Source: Geobacter sulfurreducens PCA
GTDB taxonomy: Bacteria; Desulfobacterota; Desulfuromonadia; Geobacterales; Geobacteraceae
NCBI RefSeq assembly: GCF_000007985.2
Contig: NC_002939.5
Coordinates: forward strand, 420,001-452,000
Direction of reading: 5' to 3'
DNA length: 32,000 nucleotides
How positions within the stretch are numbered: position 1 is the stretch's first letter; the number at the start of each line of letters is the position of its first letter. The notes beneath the pieces were generated by a model, which did not search any database, was not told the DNA's origin, and saw only the letters and a program-made list of their open reading frames with translations. The position numbers and the translations under genes are program-made. Of the stretch, positions 9,013-15,852 are shown piece after piece.

Positions 9013-9839
9013 CCCACCGGATCACGATTCTCTGCGACAACACGGTGGGGCCGGTGTCCGGCACTCTGGGCGAACATGGGTTCGCGGCGCTGGTGGAGTG
9101 GGAGGGGGGCTCGCTTCTCTTCGATACGGGGATGGGGGAAACGCTCCTGCGCAATGCCCAGCGCCTGGGGCGAAATCTCGCCGCCGTTCCCCGCGTCGTT
9201 ATCTCTCACGGCCATTACGACCACGGCGGCGGCCTCTGGCCTCTCCTGCGCACCTGCGGGAGCAAGACGGTGCTGGCTCACCCCGGGATTTTCGCTCCCC
9301 GCTACCGGGTGAAGGATACGGGGGACCCTCTCTCCATAGGGATCCCCTTTGACGAGGCGTTTCTGCGGGGGCAGGGAGCGCATTTCGATTTCAACGACCG
9401 GTTCCGGGAGGTCGGCCCCGGTCTCTACCTGACTGGCGAGGTCCCCCGCACGACCGCCTTTGAAACCGGCGACACGGGGCTTTTCTGTGATGAGGCGGGC
9501 TGCCGGCCCGACCCGATCAGCGATGATCAGTCCCTGGTGATCCGTACGGAGCGGGGACTGGTGTTGCTGTTGGGATGCTGCCACGCAGGAGTGGTCAACA
9601 CGGCCCGATGGGCGTTGGAATGCACCGGCGAGACCGTGGTGCACACGGTCATCGGCGGTACCCATCTCGGCTTCTGTGGCCGGGAGCAACTTGATGAAAC
9701 GGTGAAGTCCCTGCGGGAACTGGGAGTACACAAACTCGTGGGCAGCCACTGTACCGGCTTCGCTGCAGCTGCCCGGCTCATGCATGAATTCCCCGGCCGG
9801 TTTCACCCGTCCGCGGTGGGATACACCCTGGAAGTCTGA
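9009..9839 (+). CDS. MBL-fold metallo-hydrolase (COG1237-like)
   Basis: ORF 8943-9839 trimmed to the ATG at 9009 (ATGA overlap with the DUF2892 stop). It carries the HxHxDH motif SHGHYDHGGG, plus GCCHAG, GGTHL and HCTG downstream. Confidence 0.85.
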   Translation: MTHRITILCDNTVGPVSGTLGEHGFAALVEWEGGSLLFDTGMGETLLRNAQRLGRNLAAVPRVVISHGHYDHGGGLWPLLRTCGSKTVLAHPGIFAPRYRVKDTGDPLSIGIPFDEAFLRGQGAHFDFNDRFREVGPGLYLTGEVPRTTAFETGDTGLFCDEAGCRPDPISDDQSLVIRTERGLVLLLGCCHAGVVNTARWALECTGETVVHTVIGGTHLGFCGREQLDETVKSLRELGVHKLVGSHCTGFAAAARLMHEFPGRFHPSAVGYTLEV

Positions 9840-9859
9840 ACGCAAGGAAAGGATCTTTC

Positions 9860-10240
9860 ATGATCAGGAAGTTTATCATTGCCGTGTTCATGGTGACGTC
9901 GCTCGCCGCCACCGCCCTGGCTGCGCCCTACCGCAACATCGGTTCGGCCGAGGCCAAGGCGCTGCTTGACAAGAAACGCAACGTCTTTCTCCTGGACGTG
10001 CGGACCCCTGACGAATACCGCCAGGCCCGCTTGGCCGGGTCGGTGCTTATTCCAATCAACGAAGTGGAGCGCCGCATCGCACAGATCCCCAAGGGGAGGC
10101 CGGTGCTGGTATATTGCGCCGTGGGCTCCCGCTCGGGGCTCGTGGCCGGCTACCTGACCCAGCGGGGATACGGCGAAGTCTACAACATGCACGACGGCAT
10201 CGTCGGCTGGTATCGCAACGGGTTTCCGATCACCCGGTGA
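9860..10240 (+). CDS. Secreted single-domain rhodanese (sulfurtransferase)
   Basis: 126-aa ORF. Signal peptide MIRKFIIAVFMVTSLAATALA/AP. Rhodanese core LLDVRTPDEY with active-site loop CAVGSRS (Cys-X4-Arg). Confidence 0.85.
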   Translation: MIRKFIIAVFMVTSLAATALAAPYRNIGSAEAKALLDKKRNVFLLDVRTPDEYRQARLAGSVLIPINEVERRIAQIPKGRPVLVYCAVGSRSGLVAGYLTQRGYGEVYNMHDGIVGWYRNGFPITR

Positions 10241-10262
10241 CAACATTCGTGAGGTGATGACC

Positions 10263-10538
10263 ATGAGTGAAGAGCTAACACGAGACTACGAGATATCGGC
10301 CCAGCTGCTGCGCATCCTCGGCCATCCGGTGCGGCTGCGGATCGCGGCTGGTCTCGCGCGCGAGTGCGCCTGCGTCAAGGACATCTGGGAGTGTCTCGGC
10401 ATGCCCCAAGCGGTGGTTTCCCAGCACCTGAAGGTGATGCGGGAGCACGGTGTCCTGGAGGCCCGGCGCGAAGGCGCCCGGGTCTGCTACTCCCTCCGTG
10501 AGGGTGCCCCGGCACAGGTGGTCAGGGCCCTGTTCTGA
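10263..10538 (+). CDS. ArsR/SmtB-family transcriptional regulator
   Basis: The listed ORF starts at 10254 (GTG). The ATG at 10263 sits 6 nt after GAGGTG (10251-10256); the ATG at 10257 is also possible. It has a winged-helix core LLRILGHPVRLRI..QAVVSQHLKVMREHGVL and a Cys cluster ECACVKDIWEC in the alpha3 region. Confidence 0.85.
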   Translation: MSEELTRDYEISAQLLRILGHPVRLRIAAGLARECACVKDIWECLGMPQAVVSQHLKVMREHGVLEARREGARVCYSLREGAPAQVVRALF

Positions 10539-10621
10539 GTACCGGCTGTCTTCCCCTTCCTGATTTTTACTCTCTGTACCTCATTAAGGCGTAAACGGCC
10601 GCGAGACGGGGCATCCCCTCC

Positions 10622-10680
10622 GTCCCGGCCGCAGCCTTTCGCTTCATCCGGTCGGGTGTTGCTCCTGCCGGGACGTTTTC
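10622..10680 (+). terminator. Possible terminator of the efflux/redox operon
   Basis: GTCCCGGC (10622-10629) pairs with GCCGGGAC (10667-10674), followed by GTTTTC. The 37-nt loop is unusually long, so this is weak. Confidence 0.3.
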
Positions 10681-10716
10681 CCTCCACCAGTTTCCCCGCA
10701 ATTGCGCTTTGTCAGC

Positions 10717-10743
10717 TAAAGTCACAGCCATTTTGGTCGATAC
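10717..10743 (+). promoter_or_regulatory. Sigma-28 (FliA)-type promoter upstream of MCP 1
   Basis: TAAA (10717-10720), N15, GTCGATAC (10736-10743). This matches 6 of 8 positions of the -10 element in the consensus TAAA-N15-GCCGATAA. About 68 nt upstream of the start codon. Confidence 0.55.
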
Positions 10744-10811
10744 TAACTTGTACGCACCCTTAGGGAATACGTCTGTCGTCCGGCCGGCGCCGGAGCGAAA
10801 AGGAGTCGTTC

Positions 10812-12461
10812 ATGCAGATCAAGCGATACCGCAACTGGGGCATCCTGCCGAAGATCATGACCATCTCCGGTATTACGGTCGTTCTCATCGCAGCTCTCGT
10901 CCTTTTCGTACTTCTGCCGCTCATCGGCGAGAAGATGATGGACGGCAAGAAGGAGAAAACAAAGAGTGTGGTCGAGGTGGCCTACAACCTCGTGGCCGAC
11001 CTGGGAGAACGCGCCAAGCGCGGGGAGATCTCCGAGGAAGAGGCCCGGAAACGGGCCATCGACCATGTCAAGCAACTCCGCTATCAGGGCAAGGAGTATT
11101 TCTGGATCAACGACCTGACGCCCAGGATGATCATGCACCCGATCAAGCCCGAACTGGACGGCACGGACCTGTCTGAGAACAAGGATCCGCGCGGCACCTA
11201 CCTCTTCCGCGAGTTTGCCAATATCTGCCGGGAGAAGGGAGAGGGGTTCGTCCCCTATCTCTGGCCCAAGCCGGGAGCCAGCGAACCAGTGGAAAAAATC
11301 TCGTACGTGAAGTTGTACGAACCTTGGGGATGGGTCATTGGCAGCGGCATCTACGTGGATGACGTGCGTGCCGACATGGCCAGGCTCCGTTGGGTAGTGC
11401 TGGGTGGGACGGCGCTCTTTGGCCTGTTTGCCCTATCGCTGGCCTTTTCCGTGGGGCTCGGCGTGGTTCGGCCCCTGCGGCACGCGGTGACCAGCCTGCA
11501 GGATATCGCCGAGGGAGAGGGGGACCTGACCCGGCGGATCGCGGTGGAGCGGGAAGACGAGTCAGGCGAACTGGCCCTCGCCTTCAACAGGTTTGTGGAG
11601 AAACTCCAGGGTATCGTGGGTACGGTTGCCAACAATGCCCTGCAGGTGGCCGCTGCGGCGGGCCAAGTCCAGGAGGCGTCGCGCCAGATGGCGGAAGCGG
11701 CAGAGAATGTGGCCGGTCAGGCAGCCACCGTGGCAACGGCCAGCGAGGAGATGGCCGCCACGAGTATGGAAATCGCCGGTAACTGCGTCTCACTTGCCGA
11801 CGGCGCCCGTCATGCGAGCGAAACGGCCGAGAGCGGAGCTGCGGTGGTCCAGGAGACCGTTAGCGTCATGGGGCGCATCGCCGAGCGGGTCAAGGAGGCG
11901 GCCCGTACGGTTGACAGCCTCGGTTCCCGTAGCGACCAGATCGGGGAGATCATCGGCACGATCGAGGATATTGCCGACCAGACGAATCTTCTGGCCCTCA
12001 ATGCCGCCATTGAAGCGGCGCGGGCGGGTGAATCGGGTCGCGGCTTCGCGGTAGTAGCCGACGAGGTTCGGGCGTTGGCCGAGCGGACCACCCGGGCTAC
12101 CCGCGAGATCGCCCTGATGATCAAGGCGATCCAGAACGAAACCCGCGGGGCAGTGGCATCCATGGATGAAGGAGTGCGCGAGGTGGAAAAGGGCACGGGC
12201 GAGGCGGCCCGTTCGGGGGCTGCTCTGCGGGAAATCCTGGAGCAGATCGGCTCGGTTTCGCTCCAGATCAGCCAGATAGCCACCGCGGCCGAGCAACAGA
12301 CCTCCACCACCACCGAAATCAGCGGCAGCATCCAGACCATCACCGATACGGCCCATGAAACCGCACGCGGTGCGCAGGAATCTGCCGGAGCCGCAGGGCA
12401 GCTCGCAGATTTGGCTGAACAATTGCAAAATGTTGTCATGACATTCCGGCTTTCAGCATGA
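10812..12461 (+). CDS. Methyl-accepting chemotaxis protein with periplasmic single-Cache-type sensor
   Basis: 549 aa. TM1 is followed by a ~150-aa periplasmic domain (YFWINDLTPRMIMHPIKPELDGTDL .. WGWVIGSGIYVDDV, sCache_2-like). Then TM2, HAMP, and the MA signalling domain with the conserved hairpin tip [23 protein letters not shown]. Confidence 0.9.
   Translation: MQIKRYRNWGILPKIMTISGITVVLIAALVLFVLLPLIGEKMMDGKKEKTKSVVEVAYNLVADLGERAKRGEISEEEARKRAIDHVKQLRYQGKEYFWINDLTPRMIMHPIKPELDGTDLSENKDPRGTYLFREFANICREKGEGFVPYLWPKPGASEPVEKISYVKLYEPWGWVIGSGIYVDDVRADMARLRWVVLGGTALFGLFALSLAFSVGLGVVRPLRHAVTSLQDIAEGEGDLTRRIAVEREDESGELALAFNRFVEKLQGIVGTVANNALQVAAAAGQVQEASRQMAEAAENVAGQAATVATASEEMAATSMEIAGNCVSLADGARHASETAESGAAVVQETVSVMGRIAERVKEAARTVDSLGSRSDQIGEIIGTIEDIADQTNLLALNAAIEAARAGESGRGFAVVADEVRALAERTTRATREIALMIKAIQNETRGAVASMDEGVREVEKGTGEAARSGAALREILEQIGSVSLQISQIATAAEQQTSTTTEISGSIQTITDTAHETARGAQESAGAAGQLADLAEQLQNVVMTFRLSA
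11874..12155 (+). repeat. Paralogous MCP signalling-hairpin segment (copy 1)
   Basis: The 94-codon block RIAERVKEAARTV..ETRGAV matches 13630-13911 at 81/94 amino acids by my hand count. The nucleotide similarity is visibly high. Confidence 0.7.
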
Positions 12462-12535
12462 CAAAGAGCAGTAACCGGGCATGATTGCATGCCGCAGTTC
12501 CATTCGGTGTCTTCGCGATGGTCGGAATAGTACGC

Positions 12536-12562
12536 TAAATGGCGGAGCGTATTACCGTATAC
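12536..12562 (+). promoter_or_regulatory. Weak sigma-28-like promoter candidate upstream of MCP 2
   Basis: TAAA (12536-12539), N15, CCGTATAC (12555-12562). The -10 element is only a partial match to GCCGATAA. Confidence 0.3.
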
Positions 12563-12597
12563 GTCACCGGTAAAATGCCGCGGAGGAGATGCCTGCA

Positions 12598-14217
12598 ATG
12601 CAACTGACGATCAAGCAGAGAATGGGGATGACGGTAGGAGTTACCCTGCTGGGTATGGTGGTCATCATTGTGTTCATGGTTGTCGGCTTCACCAAGGTCC
12701 ACCGACAGCAGGAGCTCATGGACCGGCTCACCCTGATCAATAATACGGCATTGCGCGGCAACATTGCCATGCTTAAGGCCAGGGAATATGAGGCCGAGTT
12801 CTTTGACCGCAAGCAGGACAAGTGGGTTCCGCGGGTCAAGCAAGCGGTTGACCAGGTCAACAAGGAACTGGACGTCATCCTCAAGAATACGGATGATCCA
12901 AAAATCAAGGGGTGGGCCGAAAGCGCGCGCAAGCTCGCTACCCAGTATGTGCAGCAGTTCCAGGAGCTTGCATCCGTGGCCCTGGGAAGCAACTTCCAGG
13001 GGGCGGAACTGGCCGAAACCCGGGAAGAACTGCGTGATATCCTTAACGAGTTCGAACCCCTGCTCGACAATTACATTCCCAAGCAGGTGGGAGTCGCCTA
13101 TCAGGCTGCCACCGAGGAGATGGACAGGAGCATTGCCGCCATCCGCCTTCAGATCTTCGGCGCCGTGCTGCTGGTGGCCGTGGCCATGCTCGTCAGCATT
13201 TCGTCCACCGCCATTTACCTTCTCAGGTCCCTTCGGTTGATCAATGACCGTCTGCGCGACATTGCCGACGGCGACGGCGACCTGACCAAGCGAATTGAAC
13301 TCCAGTCCAGGGACGAGCTGGGAACCCTGGCCGTTTCGTTCAACAATTTCGTGGGAAAGCTTCACGACATTATTGCTCAGGTTTCCCAGGGCACCCTCCA
13401 GGTGGCGTCGGCTTCCTACGAACTCCAGGCCAACGCGGAGCAAATGGCCCACGGTGCAGAGGCGGCAGCCACACAGGTGAACACCGTTGCCTCGTCCAGC
13501 GAGGTGCTGGCGGCATCAACCTTTGAGATATCAAGCAACTGCGGCACTGTTGCCGAAAGCTCCCGGCGGGCCAACGACTCCGCCCAGACCGGTGCGGTCG
13601 TTGTCGAGAAGACTGTCGATATCATGGCCAGGATCGCCGAGCGGGTCAAAGACTCGGCCCGGACCGTGGAAAGTCTGGGTGCCCGCGGCAACCAGATCGG
13701 AGAGATTATTTCCACCATCGAGGATATCGCCGATCAGACGAACCTGCTGGCCCTGAACGCCGCGATCGAGGCGGCTCGGGCCGGTGAGCAGGGCCGCGGT
13801 TTTGCCGTTGTGGCGGACGAGGTGCGGGCGCTTGCCGAGCGGACATCCCGGGCTACGCGAGAGATTTCCCAGATGATCAAAGGGATTCAGGGCGAGACCA
13901 GGGGGGCGGTGCTTGCCATGGAGCAGGGGGTCAAAGAGGTGGAACTCGGCTCCGAGGAGGCCGCCCGCTCCGGCGAGGCGATACGAACCATTCTCGAGCA
14001 GTTCCGTACGCTCGACTGTCAGGTGGGGGAAATTTCCGCAGCTGCCGAGGACCAGACCCGTGTCACCACTGAAATCAGCACTAATGTCATGCAGATAACC
14101 GAGATTATCGAGACCACGGCAAAGGGTGCCGCTGACTCGGCCGAGGCGGCCCAAGGGTTGGCTGAGCTTTCGGATCAGCTCAAGCAGATCGTCGGACGAT
14201 TCAAACTCAGCGTCTGA
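12598..14217 (+). CDS. Methyl-accepting chemotaxis protein with helical (4HB-like) periplasmic sensor
   Basis: The listed ORF starts at 12589, but that ATG abuts GGAGGAG (12583-12589). The ATG at 12598 has better spacing. Layout is TM1, a ~170-aa all-helical periplasmic region, TM2, HAMP ([13 protein letters not shown]), and an MA domain with the same hairpin tip as MCP 1. Confidence 0.9.
   Translation: MQLTIKQRMGMTVGVTLLGMVVIIVFMVVGFTKVHRQQELMDRLTLINNTALRGNIAMLKAREYEAEFFDRKQDKWVPRVKQAVDQVNKELDVILKNTDDPKIKGWAESARKLATQYVQQFQELASVALGSNFQGAELAETREELRDILNEFEPLLDNYIPKQVGVAYQAATEEMDRSIAAIRLQIFGAVLLVAVAMLVSISSTAIYLLRSLRLINDRLRDIADGDGDLTKRIELQSRDELGTLAVSFNNFVGKLHDIIAQVSQGTLQVASASYELQANAEQMAHGAEAAATQVNTVASSSEVLAASTFEISSNCGTVAESSRRANDSAQTGAVVVEKTVDIMARIAERVKDSARTVESLGARGNQIGEIISTIEDIADQTNLLALNAAIEAARAGEQGRGFAVVADEVRALAERTSRATREISQMIKGIQGETRGAVLAMEQGVKEVELGSEEAARSGEAIRTILEQFRTLDCQVGEISAAAEDQTRVTTEISTNVMQITEIIETTAKGAADSAEAAQGLAELSDQLKQIVGRFKLSV
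13630..13911 (+). repeat. Paralogous MCP signalling-hairpin segment (copy 2)
   Basis: Counterpart of 11874-12155: [19 protein letters not shown]. Confidence 0.7.
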
Positions 14218-14228
14218 TCGCCGCGCTT

Positions 14229-14270
14229 CCGGAGCCCCTCAATGAACTGTCGAGGGGCTCCGGTCGTTTT
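14229..14270 (+). terminator. Rho-independent terminator after MCP 2
   Basis: Perfect 12-bp stem CCGGAGCCCCTC (14229-14240) / GAGGGGCTCCGG (14252-14263) with an 11-nt loop, followed by TCGTTTTAT. Confidence 0.85.
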
Positions 14271-14326
14271 ATATGGGTACTTCCTGATCGAGGGCCGGTA
14301 CATTGTTCCACTACGACACATTCTGC

Positions 14327-14353
14327 TAAAGTTTCCAACGGTTGTGCCGATAA
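14327..14353 (+). promoter_or_regulatory. Sigma-28 (FliA)-type promoter, exact consensus
   Basis: TAAA (14327-14330), exactly 15 nt, then GCCGATAA (14346-14353). It lies 41 nt upstream of the hemerythrin ATG. Confidence 0.75.
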
Positions 14354-14394
14354 CTTTAATCATGGTAATTCAATTTGTTCGGAGGTGAACGTGC

Positions 14395-14802
14395 ATGGCA
14401 TTGATCTCGTGGAGTGACTCGCTCAGCGTCAAGGTGAAGCAGTTCGACGACCAGCACAAAAAGCTGGTGGACATGGTGAACCAGTTGTTCGACGCCATGA
14501 AGGCCGGCAAGGGGAACCAGGTGATGGGGGACATCCTGAAGTCTCTCATCCAGTACACTCAGACCCACTTCGCCGCGGAAGAGCGGATTATGAAGCAGTA
14601 CGGCTACCCTGACTTCGAAGCCCACAAAAAGGAGCATAACGCTCTAGTTATGCAGGTGCTCGATCTGCAGAAGCAGTTCCAGGAAGGCAAGGCGGTGCTG
14701 ACTCAGAACGTCATGACCTTCCTGCGCGACTGGCTTTCCAAGCATATCCAGGGAGACGACAAGAAATACGGCGTGTACCTGAACGGCAAAGGGGTTTCCT
14801 AG
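14395..14802 (+). CDS. Bacteriohemerythrin (single-domain)
   Basis: 135 aa with GGAGGTG at 14381-14387. The full di-iron ligand pattern is present: DDQH, THFxxEE, EAHxxEH, SKHIxxDD. The WSDSLSV start is typical of the family. Confidence 0.9.
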   Translation: MALISWSDSLSVKVKQFDDQHKKLVDMVNQLFDAMKAGKGNQVMGDILKSLIQYTQTHFAAEERIMKQYGYPDFEAHKKEHNALVMQVLDLQKQFQEGKAVLTQNVMTFLRDWLSKHIQGDDKKYGVYLNGKGVS

Positions 14803-14820
14803 CCTCCCTGTCGCACAGGC

Positions 14821-14836
14821 TGGAACAAAGTATGCA
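14821..14836 (+). promoter_or_regulatory. Sigma-54-type -24/-12 candidate upstream of cheY
   Basis: TGGAAC-AAAGT-ATGCA has correct GG-N10-GC spacing versus TGGCAC-N5-TTGCA. It lies about 127 nt upstream of the cheY ATG. The match is moderate. Confidence 0.4.
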
Positions 14837-14962
14837 TAGCAATCGGACGTGTCCGTGAAGTCTCGCCCAGTGAGGAGTTGACGGGCACGTTCAAGTTTTT
14901 GACTCGCCGGCTTGCCCTGCGAGCGCGAATACGTGTAAAACCATCGAATGAAGGAGGCACCA

Positions 14963-15325
14963 ATGGCCAACGTACTCATCGTGGACGATTCCTCGACCAT
15001 GAGAAAAATCATTTCCCGTTCGCTCCGACAGGCAGGGCTGCCCGTTGACGAGATCTTCGAGGCCGGCGACGGGATCGAAGGACTCAACGTTCTTTCCGGC
15101 AAAAGTGTGGATCTTATCCTTTCCGACATCAACATGCCGAATATGGACGGCCTTGAATTCATCAAGCAGGCCCGGGCCAACGGCCACAAGGCACCCATCG
15201 TGATGATCACCACCGAGGGTGGGGAAGATATCCTGAAGGAAGCCATTTCCAGCGGCGCCAGCGACAGCATCAAGAAGCCGTTCACTCCGGACCAGCTCAA
15301 CGAGAAACTCGGGAGTCTCCTATGA
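14963..15325 (+). CDS. cheY: Chemotaxis response regulator CheY
   Basis: The listed ORF starts at 14948. The ATG at 14963 sits 5 nt after AAGGAGG (14951-14957). The 120-aa receiver has the canonical DD (VDDSS), phospho-Asp (LILSDINMPNMDG), Thr (MITTEG) and Lys (KKPF). Confidence 0.9.
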   Translation: MANVLIVDDSSTMRKIISRSLRQAGLPVDEIFEAGDGIEGLNVLSGKSVDLILSDINMPNMDGLEFIKQARANGHKAPIVMITTEGGEDILKEAISSGASDSIKKPFTPDQLNEKLGSLL

Positions 15326-15828
15326 GTCTCAACTCTGATGTAGCCTCGTCGAGTAAGTTGAGCGAAGAGCAACTCGCCGGCTATATAATCGGGGCGACAA
15401 AAGAAGTCTTCGGCACCATGGTGATGATGGAGCCACAGGACCAGTACCCGCTGAGGGAGCCCGTTACCACGTTCCACTGTAGCGTAACCGGCATGGTGGG
15501 GCTGGCGGGCACCTACTCGGGAATCCTTTCGATCCATTGCCCCCTTGAGCTCGCCCTTAAGGTCACCTCGAACATGCTCGGCATGGAGGTGGAAGAGGTG
15601 GGCGACGATGTGAACGACGCCCTGGGCGAGATCGCCAACATGCTCGGAGGCTATGTGAAGATGGCACTCTCGAAGGGTGGGACGGACCTGCACCTGTCGG
15701 TGCCCACCGTTATTTCGGGCGAGGAGTACACGCTCAACGCCATGGCCGATAACGACTGCGTCATCATACCTTTTATCATTGATGATACGCGGTTCCTGGT
15801 GGGCCTGAAACTTCAGAAGGAAGCCTAA
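15322..15828 (+). CDS. cheX: CheX-type CheY-P phosphatase
   Basis: 168 aa with an ATGA overlap with cheY. It has a single CheC/CheX active-site signature D-x3-E-x2-N (DALGEIAN), with a Pro about 21 residues downstream. Confidence 0.8.
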   Translation: MSLNSDVASSSKLSEEQLAGYIIGATKEVFGTMVMMEPQDQYPLREPVTTFHCSVTGMVGLAGTYSGILSIHCPLELALKVTSNMLGMEVEEVGDDVNDALGEIANMLGGYVKMALSKGGTDLHLSVPTVISGEEYTLNAMADNDCVIIPFIIDDTRFLVGLKLQKEA

Positions 15829-15852
15829 GTCAAGCAGGAGCTTTTTCCGACC

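Noticed and set aside
12478-12493. Hairpin GGCATG-ATTG-CATGCC after MCP 1 as a terminator.
   Set aside because: It has only a 6-bp stem and no T-run, so it is not convincing. MCP 1 may read through into MCP 2.
14806-14900. Possible c-di-GMP/cGAMP (GEMM-I) riboswitch in the cheY leader, suggested by GTCGCACAGGC resembling the GEMM 5' CGCACAGGGC element.
   Set aside because: I cannot find the second conserved element (GGGACGCAAAGCC-type) or the paired P1/P2 architecture. A single 7-nt resemblance is not evidence. An Infernal scan with RF01051 would settle it.
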